This document shows, one piece after another, positions 23,682 through 35,976 of a stretch of 37,918 bases of DNA. How positions within the stretch are numbered: position 1 is the first letter of the stretch; every line of letters starts with the position of its first letter. The DNA is taken from contig NC_068981.1 in assembly GCF_001194135.2 (NCBI RefSeq), forward strand, positions 122,794,231 through 122,832,148. Reading direction: 5' to 3'. The translations under genes were made by a program, and so were the position numbers. This DNA is from Octopus bimaculoides (lineage: Eukaryota). The notes beneath the pieces are model-generated. The model did no database searches and was not told the origin of the DNA. It was given only the letters and a program-made list of their open reading frames with translations.

Positions 23682-23896
23682 GGCGTCGAGCTGGCAGGTT
23701 TCTTAACCCACCAGACAAAATGATTAGAGGCATTTTATCCATTTTTTTTCGTTCTAAGTTCCAATTCTGCCAACGTCGACTTTACTTTTCATCCTTTCGG
23801 GGTCGATAAATTAAATACCAGTGGAACACTGGGGTCGATGTAATCGACTTATTCACTGCCCCGAAATTGCTAGCCTTGTGCAAAATTTGAAATCAG
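23682..23896 (+). mobile_element. tRNA-type SINE, same family as 12151
   Basis: GGCGTCGAGCTGGCAG..GTCGACTTTACTTTTCATCCTTTCGGGGTCGATAAATTAA..GGGGTCGATGTAATCGAC..AAATTGCTAGCCTTGTGCAAAATTTGAA; ends about 195 bp before the exon acceptor. Confidence 0.8.
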
Positions 23897-24090
23897 TATT
23901 TTTTCTAAATATCTTGTTATTTCCTATAATTCAATTAATAGTTCATTCGAACAACTGCGATCAGTTGTTTTTTATATATAAACTTTTCGGCGAAGTGCAT
24001 TTTGATCAAGTGTATGACATTGTCGTATATTTTTTGTTCACCTAACATTCATTGTAATGTATCATTAACTTTTCTCTTCCTATTTTGCAG

Positions 24091-24629
24091 TGCCGACGTG
24101 ACTTCTTATTTTTCTTCATTAAGTTCAAATGTTATCGTTACAAGTGAAGGCAACGTCACGTGGTTGTCAATGGTGATATTCAAAAGTTCGTGCAGGATAG
24201 ACGTTCGTTACTTTCCTTTTGATGAGCAAAATTGCTCGATGCAGTTTGCTTCGTGGACTTACGACGGTTTCCAGCTGCAGCTGCGCATGAACTCTGAAGA
24301 AGGAGATATCTCCAACTACATCCGTAACAGCGAGTGGGTCCTCATTAAGCTTCACGTTGAATGGAATTTAGTCTACTACTCTTGCTGCATTGAACCTTAT
24401 CCGGATATCACTTACTATATTCAAATACGTCGTAGACCTTTGTTTTACGTCTTCAACATGATTCTTCCCTGTATTCTCATTACGTTAGTGGCTCTCCTTG
24501 GTTTCTATATTCCATCGGATTCTGGCGAGAAAGTTACCATGGGTATTACAACACTGCTGTCCATGACAGTATTTATGATGCTTGTTGCCGAAAATATGCC
24601 GCCCACGTCAGACGTTTTGCCACTTATTG
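24091..24629 (+). CDS. CHRNA9/10-like: nAChR alpha subunit, coding exon (539 bp; Cys-loop, loops B and C, TM1, TM2, TM2-3 linker)
   Basis: Polypyrimidine tract plus cAG acceptor at 24089-24090; donor G|GTAAGT at 24630. Encodes the Cys-loop CRIDVRYFPFDEQNC, loop B SWTY, loop C YYSCCIEPY with vicinal cysteines, RRRPLFY-TM1, and DSGEKVTMGITTLLSMTVFMMLVAENMP (TM2). In frame with exon 11807-11916. Confidence 0.97.
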
Positions 24630-25049
24630 GTAAGTTTTTATTACAGTTATGTTTCACTGTATTAGTCACTAATATTGTTAGCGTGCTATTAAATGTTTGT
24701 GTTGTGTTAGACGCTGCATGGATTTAAACAATAAGAAGAATATATTTCAGCATTCTGTCCTAAAGTGAACATTAATACATCATACGTTTATGCGGAGATC
24801 AATAAATTTTAGTTGCGACAATTTTGATGACAATAGCGTATGGTACAAAGTGAAACCAATAACATTTTCTGGGTTGTAAGAAATGTAAGAATCTCGGGAA
24901 AAATATCTTGCAGTATTTCTTCTAACGCTTTCACTATTTTTGAGTTCGAAACAAGCTGCTGTCAAATTTGCCCTAACAATCCCTGTGTTGAGTCTCTAAA
25001 TTAGAAATTGTTATTAGCGTTCCTGTTTTATTGTTGTTTATTTCCAGAT

Positions 25050-25125
25050 ATGTAGACACCGTGTGGTCGGATTGTTAAGAGGTTTGCTTCGCAAACACGA
25101 GTCCCGAGTTCGATTCCAACGATTC
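25050..25125 (+). mobile_element. Degenerate tRNA-derived SINE head
   Basis: A-box-like TGGTCGGATTGTTAAG and B-box-like GAGTTCGATTCC at tRNA-like spacing. Confidence 0.4.
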
Positions 25126-25837
25126 GCATTTTTGAAGGATGTATTTGTGAAATTGTTGGGAAACTACATAAACATCTATGAAGTAGATTCTACCTGTAAT
25201 TATACGGAAGACATAGCAGAAAGTTTCTCACTTGTTTTGAGAAAGATGCCATAGGTACAAGTATCTGAGAAATACACGACCAGTTTCATATTAATCTATG
25301 CGCTGTTAATTTAGTTGATCGAACGACTCATTTACCTACGTCACATGGTGGAAATTCATTGCTTCCAACACGAACGGTTCCAGATCAACTCACGTTGGGA
25401 AGATACACCAATAATGATATTACAAAGGAAAAGAGATTGTCTAGCCTTTCTTTTCATTTCCGACATAATTGATCCAAGGCTAAATCACCCAATATTCCTC
25501 TAGTCTAATAAAACAATGTACGATATAAAATGAAGCAAATTACACAGCAATTTCTAACAGAAATAATAACTATATAGAGGCTCATTCGATGTCGTGGAAA
25601 GCTTACTCACTCATTTTCTTATTAGAATTGTTATTGGTAATTTATTTTCTATTGTTGTTTTCTCGTTGTCTTTTATTGCACATGATTTACGTTGATGTTC
25701 ATATTCGTGCATTTAATTAAGTTGATATCAATCATAATTTAGCATGTAATATATGAAACCTATGAAAGTCAATGAGTAAAAATACAGCAAATTAACACCG
25801 AAATGAACATATATTAGATATGTTGTTATCGTGTTTG

Positions 25838-26035
25838 TGCGCAGGCGACGCTGTGTGGTAAGAGGTTTTCCACGAAATGACATGGATCTGGGATCAGTTA
25901 CACTGCGTGAGACTTCTGGAAATCGTGTTTTACTAGAACCTTGTACGGACCGTCATATATATATACTATTGTGTGTGCGTGTGTGTGTGTGTGTATATAT
26001 ATATCTATACTATTCTCTCTATATATATATATATA
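25838..26035 (+). mobile_element. Degenerate tRNA-derived SINE with TA/TG-rich tail
   Basis: GCGCAGGCG..GCTGTGTGGTAAG head, degenerate B-box (GGGATCAGTT), followed by TA/TG repeats. Confidence 0.5.
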
Positions 26036-26214
26036 TGCTATTGTGTCTGAGCAGAGTCATTCTCATTTGGTGCCTTTTAATTTAACACATTCACCGGTAA
26101 AATTTCCACTCATTTACTTATTTTTCTAAAATTTCCGTTGCGTCTTGGAATCTTTTCAATAGTTGTTGACTCTGTCCGTTATTCAAGCTGCGTTCGTTTT
26201 ATTTTTCGTGCGCA

Positions 26215-26565
26215 TGTGTGCGGGTCAGTGCATGTGCGCATACACATATATGTATGTGTATATGTGTGTATGTATGTATGTATGTAGGCATGCATGCAAG
26301 TGTGTGTGCGTTCGTATGTATGTATTCTGCAAATTCCTGTGTTATTGTGTTTGCGTGTTCCTGTTTACGTGCTTTTATGTGTGTGTATATGTGTGTATGA
26401 GGTCATGTGTTTCAGTCTTCATTTGTGTATATGTTTGTATGTGCGCTTGGCTGTTCATATAACCTATGTACTTTTCCGCCTCTATGTCTATCTGTTTACT
26501 TTCATATCCATATGCCTACATATATGTGCATATACATATACACATACACACACACACACATACAT
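26215..26565 (+). repeat. Degenerate TG/CA-rich low-complexity tract
   Basis: Read directly; source of the spurious Cys/Val-rich ORFs. Confidence 0.9.
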
Positions 26566-26727
26566 CTATCTTCATAACAGCCCACTAACTATTCTAGCTG
26601 TATATAAATATAAACTGTGACTGTGAGGGTATGATTATCTACTATGTATATTTCCTATTTAGTACTGGGGATGTTTCATTTATGAGTACGTACTCCTATT
26701 TTTGTCTGAGTGTTGAGTCCGTCTGAT

Positions 26728-27191
26728 AAGAGTATACCAGGCACATGCATCACTACTATATGTGCGCGACATGATGATCTCATTTCAAGATAAAGGGCGC
26801 ATGACCTTGCAGGTAGGGCCCAGTTGGAGTTTTATTCAGGTCGAGTAGCCCATCTTGTTCAAAAGATCCCTGAATAAAGTTTTGTTAGGGATGTTGAACG
26901 AATTAAACATGTTTCCAGAGATGAATTATTCAAACCCCAAAAACTTTCTCTCAACACATGGCTATGACGCTTCCCGCTACCTCCGCACATGATGAGAGAT
27001 GCACATACCGTCAACCACCAAAGGAAATGTTCACTGGTTACGGTCAAGCAACTGACAAGTAAATCTGGTGGTAGAGTCGAATATTTGATGTAGCCCTTCT
27101 TTTATACCAAGACAAATCATATACATGATGTCACTTCCAATCCCTTAAGATCAAAAGCCATGATAGCCAGTACCTAGTAACGTATCAGGGC

Positions 27192-27263
<72 letters not shown>

Positions 27264-27282
27264 CATTATTATTATTATTATT
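26728..27282 (+). mobile_element. Probable retroposon 3' end or SINE with (TTA)n tail (27194-27282)
   Basis: GC-richer block ending ..ATCAGGGCAT-(TTA)n. No ORF. The repeat call rests on the tail and my recollection of similar octopus repeats, and needs a library search. Confidence 0.42.
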
Positions 27283-27388
27283 GTGAGCTGGCAGAATTGT
27301 TAGTGCGCTAGACAGAATGCTTAGCGGTAGTTCACCCGTCGCTAGGTTCTGATTTCAAAATCTACCACAATCGACTTTGCGTTTCATC
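27283..27388 (+). mobile_element. Same SINE family, 5' part, cut by an N gap
   Basis: GTGAGCTGGCAGAATTGTTAG..AATGCTTAGCGG..TCGACTTTGCGTTTCATC directly after the (TTA)n tract at 27194-27282. Confidence 0.72.
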
Positions 27389-27546
27389 NNNNNNNNNNNN
27401 NNNNNNNNNNNNNNNNNNNNNNNNCCCTACGCCTCGCCACCACCACCACCACCACCAACAACAACAACATCAATACCTTTGTAAAACATCTAAATGCTAT
27501 TTTGCTAAAGGGCTTCCCTTTTTTCTTTTACTTCATGTTCTGTTTC

Positions 27547-27585
<39 letters not shown>

Positions 27586-28607
27586 NNNNNNNNNNTTATT
27601 ATTATTATTATTATTATTATTATCATTATTATTATTATTATCACTGTTATTATTATCGTGAGATGTGCTAAAATTAACAGGTAAATAGGCCTCAAATCAT
27701 GAACCCAAAATACTTTTCGTTTTGATTTTTGCATAATTGTATGAATTAACGTGCGTAGAATACAAATTTACAAAACTTTTCTAAAAAATCCCAAGAAAGA
27801 AGAAAATTATGTCATGCGTAAAGCAGAATTCCACCAGTATCTTATTTGTTTACAGGTGACATCATGTGCTGTCACGCACAAAATGACAGCTTCTAAGTCT
27901 TGTTTTCGGACTGGGTAAAAATCATCAACATTTAAACTTCTATAACTTGTTTTTAAATTTTCCTGGGAAAAGTTAAATATTCCCCGAGATTCAGCATGGA
28001 AAATTACATCATTACACCAAATCTTAAAATTTTCACTAAATTTTAAAATTTCCACAGGTGCGGCCAAACAGTAAAGATCCTCAATGCCAATAAAATAAGA
28101 ATCAGTTGATCATTCACGTAATCTATCGACTCCTTCCCCACGTAATTCCAGGCCTTGTGCTTATTGCAGAAAGGATTATAAGAAGGGAAAATAACAAATA
28201 TAGCAAGTAAAGCTTAAAAAATCGTTCTAATATTCACATACAATCATTAACAATCCTTTAAACTCTCAGAAGCGATTTAAAAATGAATATATATGTGTGT
28301 GTTATGTATGTGTTCGGTAATAGTTTTTTTTTATTTATTTCACACAGAGTGAACAGTTATGTAACTCCTACGCTGTGGATCGTTAAAATAAAGGATTTTA
28401 ATCTTTTTAAAAAGAATATTTCTTAACCAATTCATTTTCCTTCTGCTATGCTGTAGATACAGTTGACTACAGGAATAACTTCACTGAATATTTATCTTGT
28501 ATTTTACAACTCTCTGACTGTAAGCGGGAATTTGAAATACTCTGTAGTATGAAATGGAGGAAAATTGTGAGACAACTGAATTTAGCAATTGAGTAAGATT
28601 TATTTTA

Positions 28608-29105
28608 GGGTAGAATTCTGCTTTACGCACGCCATATAACTCCTCATAACTATTTATTTTGAAAATTTTTCAAAAACGTGTTGAGAATTGTTGTTCTACA
28701 CAACGAATTTCATACGACTATACAACAACAAACAATGTGTGATTTAAGGGTCATTTGGTTATTATTTTTAGCACATCTTATGACCACTTCATATCCTTTT
28801 TGTCTGTTTGTCAGTCTGACGTATTGATGTTTTCCAATATTTTTCTCCGCTTAAACACATTTAATGGTCTATTACTGAGATCTAAGCCAAAACTTCAGTG
28901 TCCGTATTTTAAACTGATTAAAAAAAATGTTCGAAAAAATAGAAAAAAATTAAAGATCAATTTCGAAAACTTAAAAAATTAAAATTTACATACTCAGGCA
29001 AATTTCCGAGTGGACAACACAAATTCACAAAAATTACCTGAAAATTTTAAAAAATAAAAAAAGTAGAGAGGGATTATATGCCGTACGTAAAGTAGAATTC
29101 TGCCC
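28608..29105. mobile_element. MITE of about 500 bp with long imperfect TIRs; a further partial copy at 27662-27836
   Basis: GGGTAGAATTCTGCTTTACGCACGCCATATAA (28608-28639) vs reverse complement of 29074-29105 GGGCAGAATTCTACTTTACGTACGGCATATAA (4 mismatches in 32); looser pairing continues inward. The same terminus (TATGTCATGCGTAAAGCAGAATTC) occurs at about 27807-27830. Confidence 0.65.
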
Positions 29106-31579
29106 ATTATAGTTCGAGCAAAATTATTTTAGTTCCAACACTGCTGTCAACACTGCTGTTCTTTATATAAAGTATCAAGGTCTACACTTATAAAATAGTA
29201 ATTAGTTACGGTTTTAAGTAAGTTTTGATCCACTATATTAAAAGAAGTCCTCAACATTCTATAAAGGTAAATTGAGATCAGTGAAATAATTTTGCACATA
29301 GCGAGATTGTACATTGTGACATTTAAACTTTTATAATAAGTTAAGTTGTATTTACCTTCACATGCAAATATGCAATAAAAGTACTAAACTTATCATTATT
29401 TTTTTAACAACATGACCGACAATTAAAATGCAACCTATTCATAGAGCTGGAAGTATTAAGGAACAATGTGAGTTGAAAAAAAGTGATTAGAATATATTTT
29501 ATGTGCAAAATCCAAACCAACTTACAATGTACTTTATACTGAATTTAAAAGAATGTTTATTTTTTTTTATTATACTATGACGATATACTCAGGTAAAGAA
29601 TACATATATTTTCAGTTCTTCGTATGTGTCCTCAGTCATCAATTTCTACTACATATATGCTTCAAAATTTCCTGAATGCCTAATTACAATTTGATATCCT
29701 ACTTGGGAGTCATTTACAGATATTAAGCTCTTCATACAATATCGAATTAATGTTAGCTTACATGGACATAATAATTTGATATTTCATTGAAGTAGATATT
29801 CTGTGTAATTGCTTATTCTAGATAAATTTAAAATGAAGAAGAGAAAATATATACAGGCATTCATAATGCATCTCATACAAAGAAAATGGGAGAAACATTA
29901 TGTCATCTTCAGAAGTTCAGTAACACATTTAAAGAAAGCTAATGTTATCAATCTCCTAATGAGGCAGCATCCACCCAATTTCTGATACATTATGTATAGC
30001 AGAAAACTCTTGTCTTAGTCGTTGTTTCAGTTTGGCTGAAAGGAATATATGTTGAGCAAGGCAGACCTGGAACAAGTTTCGTAAAAGCTCTGTTCAATCC
30101 GAAATGAACAATAACAAAAGAAAGCTAATTACAGTTAGAAGCAAATAGTTTTTCTTCCTTTAAAGCAAACAAATATTCATTGGCATACTATACATCTTGT
30201 TCATGTTTTTACTCACAGATCAGCCTGTTTCAGCTTAAGTATGATCAAAGGTAATCCCTTACGTATTTTACCCCAGACAGATTGGTACTCCAAAGTACAT
30301 TCTCCAATGAGTCTTTTAGGAAGTCAATAGATGTTTAATAGATATACGGTTGTTATTTCTAGACTGAACAACTAATTATATCTTCTTAGCTGAAATTTTA
30401 CCATGCAAATTTTGCGGATGCTATCAACTTGAAATATTAACATAAATGATAAAAAATATATGATACTTCATGAAAATGACATATCTTTATGCGATTTAAA
30501 ATGGAAACATGTCAACTTTGATTGGGATTTAGAGCTAAACAGTAAATTTCTATATGAGACTTCTTATTGCTCTAAATTCCTTTCATAACTTTATAAGATT
30601 TGCGCTAACTATTGTAATTTAAACAATAACATTCTCATTTAAAAAATCTACAGTCATTACCATATAGGAGTGAAGTGTGTACATATCCTACTGAATAGTT
30701 TTCGTGTCTTTTACAAACATTGCTTGAGTAAGACCTTGAGAGTTAGATATGCTAGCGACGAGATATGTAGGGATTGTGGGGGTATTCAAATAGAGAATCG
30801 CTGGACAAGAAGAATATAATTGAGGAATTTTCCTATTCTAATAATTTGCACATAGCAAAAACTGATAAATATCAACTTAAGTTAATGGAAATGTATTATT
30901 TAGATATTTCCGTAGCGTATGATAATTATTCATGCAAGATAACGTAGAGAAAATCAACTAGTTTGATTCCTACAAGCTAGCAAATGAAACTGTAAGAAAA
31001 TGTAGAAAGCTACACAGCTTGGTAGTGCACATTTTTACATTAAATTTAATTAAGATAGCATGCCATCTGTAATAAAAATACATGCAAATATAGTGAGTTT
31101 CCATCCGTTCCTGACCTTTGTAAAAATTAAAGACAATTAGCAGTATATTGTTATATAAATGAATACATTATTGCACAGTAATTTATTAGTAACTTGCAAT
31201 ATCAAATTGGAACGATCAAACTCTGAGACAGAACAATGAAACCTCCCTTTACAAAGTTACATTTGACATTTGTAAGATATTGATAACAGACAAATATTAC
31301 TGGATTTCGTACATCTTTTTGGCAATTCAATATGGTAGAAAAAGGCCCTCTAGTTTCCTTTGCTCATATTTTATATGTGACTGATTTCCAATCTCTAAAA
31401 AAAAGAAGAAAACTGCGAGTTTTGTGTGTTTCTAATACAAGAAGTGAAATCTCTTGATTTCTTCATTAATATTTAGGAAGTAAATAACAGGATACTAATC
31501 TACCTTTATATTCTCAATGGTTGTGTTGTCAACTTTGCACCATTATTTCTGTATGTTTAGGTTTCTTTTCTGTAATCTT

Positions 31580-31839
31580 TAGTGAAGTAGCGAGTTGGAC
31601 GGAACTGCACTTCGTCTTACCACCTGGCGTGATGTGGATTCATCTGTTACCTCAGATAAATCTCCACCAAGCAAATCTCTGAGGTTGCTTAGCAGAACGA
31701 TGTTTTGGTCCCTTGAAATCCAAGCTGGGTCATTATTCGAGATGTAGAGGTGCGGATCCTTGGTACTATCCAGTGCCGTCCAGTTTAGTGGTTGGTATAG
31801 CTTTCATTGCCAAAGATGGATGCTAGAAATTCTAGAATC

Positions 31840-31874
<35 letters not shown>

Positions 31875-32660
31875 TGCGTATCTTTCGGGCTTCAGTTCGT
31901 TTAGCCTCTCCAAGTAGCTCATCTGTTTCAGCGAGTCAGCCTTCAGTGTGTAGTGGCTCTGAATTGTCTCAAGTTCCACTACCAGTTTGACGCTCTGTAG
32001 GGATCATAGTACTCGCGACCGCTGAGGACGAAAGTTCTCCATATGAGTAGCCTGATATCCCTGTTACTGGTTGTAAATTATCTTAGAATCTATCCAGCTG
32101 CTCGCCTGCATAGTGTGGCCATTTTGGTAATGTACACATAGAATGATGCATCATTGATCATGTGAATTCTCAGGTCACACACGGACTCTAACTCTAAGAT
32201 TGTACTACATTCTTGGTCCAGTGTATTCAAATTGTCGTCTGTTTCAGGGACGTTAGTGGTGTTCTTCAAAACTTTCGTATATAGTACTACCTTGTTTTGC
32301 TAGTTTAGTATGTCAGCAGGGACCATGGCCGCTCGTGATACTTTTGTAGTTAATGGTAGTACCTGTGTGAGGCAGCTCCTCTCCGTACAGATACCACGTT
32401 GTGTGTTTGTGAACAAGACATTTTCTTCCAGGAACGTAGTCGGCCACCTCCTGACAATGGATTCTATGACCTTGCTAACCTGTAATTTTAACATCTCCTC
32501 TAATTGCTCATTTATACGCAGGGTAATGGGTATGTACAATAAGAGTTTAGTTTGATTTACTACTAAAACTCCGGCTTCAAATGCATCTGTAAAATGTGGT
32601 TCTGAAATTGGCTTCAAGATGGCTGGAAGTGATATCTTCTTGAGCGGGTGGATATAGTTT
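31580..32660 (-). mobile_element. Decayed CR1/L2-clade LINE (RT to 3' end, internally deleted)
   Basis: YIPITL..VSKVIESIVRR..FLEEN..TNTQRG....RSCLTQ (RT domains 1-2); V.DL.IHM..DA.F..ITKMA; MSYLERLNELK.ERYAVIY..KILE. Explains ORF 32300-32686. Confidence 0.82.
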
Positions 32661-33103
32661 AAAATGGAAAATGAAAAGAAAAACAAATATTTGGCATCTC
32701 TCGGAAAATATTTAATATAAATACACGATATAAACAGAGCATAATATTTATAATCAAAACATAAATTAACTTACAGCTAATGGACTTTATCTTTTCCCTA
32801 TAACTTTAATCCTTTGATCATGAAACTACTAAACGCATATACTTTTCTTTCTGATCGTTCCTTCATTTCTTGGTGAAATGGATAGTATTACTATCCTCAA
32901 TGGGGATATTCTGCAATTTTATATTTTCTGACTTCACTCTCCTCAGTAAGGGGAGTACTTAGCTTATGTAGATGCTTTACTTAATATCGTGATCCATCCT
33001 CTTGGCTATCCAAGAAAAAGCTGTAAGAGACTGTGTCTCTTAACTACTCTGTACTATGCTTATATTATATACAATTGAATGCTTCTACTTTAATCTCCCT
33101 GTT

Positions 33104-33138
<35 letters not shown>

Positions 33139-33169
33139 TTCTCTCTCTCNNNNNNNNNNTATATATATG

Positions 33170-35943
33170 TCCCCATTGACAAGAAAAGAAATGTAAGTCA
33201 CGGAAAGTTGACATAAGTTTATGGTGAAATTAGGATCATATTACATCATTACATCAGTACAAATTAAATAAGTACCGGTTTCACGATCAAACGATTGTTA
33301 GCTTATATAGCGAAAACTTTTTTGCTGCTAATAGGACGCCATCTTTGAAAAAAGAAACAGGGACTGTTGAAAACACCAGGCACTATACACAATAATCAAC
33401 AAGACTACACCTCATTCGATAACATCCACCACTCCCGGGGATTATTAAAAACACCAGGGACTATACAAAATTATGAACATAGACTCTACAAACACTCATA
33501 CAATCATAACAACCTAATCCCTCACCTTCACCACTCACACAACGGAAATCCTCATTTTTACATGAACAACCCATACACACACAAAAACAACCAACATCTC
33601 ATAACCACTTACCAGAGTAAAGAGGTTCTATTCTGGGCCGCACCTAACACCACACACCCATACACACGAGACACTCCAAAACAACAAAGTTACCACACAC
33701 TACCTCCCCTCCCCACAAGCAACCCATACCCAAACAACCGACGTTTTTTAGTCACACACCAGAGGAAACAGATAACAAGGTGAAACCCGAGACACAGGAG
33801 AAACCCAAGGTAATCAATCTCTCCCACTTATCCTTATCCGACATTAAGATAGACATCCTCTCCAAAGGACTCAAATTCACACCGACTCCCTTCAGAGTCA
33901 ATCAAAGTGAAATTAAAGACAGTGCCTCAAAGTTCTGCAGGAAATTGAGACTTTCAGAGTTACTGACCGATTTTTATGATCAGGATGAATCACTGGTCAA
34001 AAACAAAACTGAATACACTCCCCACAAAGAAAGAAACAAAAGACTTGATGAATTTTGCAAACACTTCGAACACTTTCCCTATCACATCCTGCACAAACAA
34101 AAGAACATCTCAAACCTCAACAAAATCCAATCGAAAGGAATTAATGAACTGCAAAACAATAAAGAAATTACAATCAAAGAAGCAGACAAAGGCAGCGCAG
34201 TGGTAATTATGGACACATCCTAACACAGAAATCTAGTCCTGTCCTTACTAAACAACAATGAGTTTAATGAAGAAATCAACAACTACAATCCCCCAAAAAT
34301 AATGAAAATCCTTTTCTCATTAATACATACACACGGGAAAGACCTCACAAAAATGTAAGTAGATTTCCCAACAAATTTCAAATACAAACATACCTTTTTC
34401 TATGGCCTCCCTAAAATCCAGAAAAGCTCAACCATAATGAAGCCATCAACAACTCACCACATACATGCATACATACGCCAGGAAACCTTAGTTTACGACC
34501 TATCATAGCTGGTTCATCCTGTGAGACTCACAGATTAAATTACTTCATGGACATTCTCCAGAAGCCATATCTAAAACATATTAGAAGCTACATCAGAGAT
34601 GATTTAGACATGCTAAACCATCTCCTAGAACAGGTTGGGGAAGAATCCCTCATGGTCTCCTTCCATGGTATTAATCTGTACTCCATCATTCCATATAATT
34701 ATAGAATGGAAGCGATTCGATTCTGCTTAGAACTACATCCAGAGTAAATACGGGAACGGATAAACATGACCTTCATCATTGAATCAAATATTTTGCCAGA
34801 ATAATCATTTCATTTTTGACACCAACTGCTACCGCGAAATATCGGAAATTGCGATGGGAACGAGAGCAGCACCTACCATTGCCAACCTCACAATGGGATT
34901 CTAAGAGAAAAAATGTATCAGAATTCACTGCGAGAATTTGTAGACTCTCTTGCCCAATACATTAAAAAGAACTGGAAGAGATACCTGGATGACTGTTTCA
35001 TACTCTGGAATAACAACTTAAACGAACTCCTAGAATTTAAAATACTTCTGAACAGCATCCACACAAGTATTCAATTCACAATCGAATACAACCAGGAGGC
35101 ACTTCCATTCCTAGACATTCTAATTTTTAAAAAAAATAACAACAAAATCGAAACAGACATATTTTATAAAACAGCAGATGCAAAACAACACCTTCTCTTT
35201 AGCTCTTGCAACCCTAGACACACAAAAACAAACATCCTCTTCAACCTAACAAGAAGCATCAGCACTATTGTCTCAGAGAAAAAAAAATAGAGATTTAAGA
35301 TTACAAGAACTGAAAAACGTCTTCCTGGATAGACACTACCCAATCCAACTCATTAATGAAGGAATAAAACGTACAAAATCCATCAACATCGAGACATTAA
35401 GAAACACCAAAGACATTAAGAATCCTCTCCTTAAAACACTACAATACATTTCTACATATAACCCCAGAAACGAAGAAGTATTCAGCACAATCATACAAAA
35501 CCTACCAATACTACACAAGGAACCAAAACTAAAAAGAATTTTACGTGACATTAAAATTGTCAAAAGCAACAAACAACCTAAGACATTAAAGAAACTACTA
35601 CCTAATGCAAAATTATTCCCCTCCACAACTTCCCCAAAGTAAAATATATAATCGCTCCAACTGTGGTATATGCTCCAAACTTGTGAAAGGGTCAGAATAC
35701 TATTTAAAACAAAGGCAACACTTTAATATTAAATCAAATTTCACTTGTGCATCCGAAAATCTGATCTACATAATCAGATGCTCGGGCTGCCAGAAAGATT
35801 TATTTAATGTGTTATGATGTAATGGTGTGATATGATCCTAATATCACCATAAACTTTATTATACAAACTTTCTGTGACTTTTACTTTTCTTTTCTTTCTT
35901 ATACACTTATCCCACGTGTATACAGAACTTCCATTTTTCACTT

Positions 35944-35945
<2 letters not shown>
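33170..35945 (+). mobile_element. Penelope-like element (probably Neptune clade), pseudogenised and truncated in the GIY-YIG domain, with inverted terminal copies
   Basis: VINLS..LSKGLKFTPTP, TIKEADKGSAVVIMD, YGLPKI, AMGT..APTIANL, KRYLDDCFILW, LPFLDI, TDIFYK; Cys-rich linker CGIC..FTCASENLIYIIRCSGC; many stops and frameshifts. 33181-33271 and 35799-35897 are inverted homologues. Confidence 0.9.
33268..33306 (-). ncRNA. Decayed minimal type I hammerhead ribozyme
   Basis: Minus strand: ATAAG-CTAACAA-TCGTTTGATCGT-GAAA-C-CG-G-TA-CTTAT. Stem I pairs (ATAAG/CTTAT), stem III is palindromic (ACCGGT) and the triplet is GUA. The core CUGANGA carries two G>A changes. Confidence 0.55.

Positions 35946-35976
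<31 letters not shown>

Noticed and set aside
25831-26620. Cys/Val-rich ORFs
   Set aside because: TG-repeat translations.
32300-32686. Possible host gene or missing nAChR exon
   Set aside because: Minus-strand CR1/L2 RT remnant (..RSCLTQ); opposite strand to the receptor.
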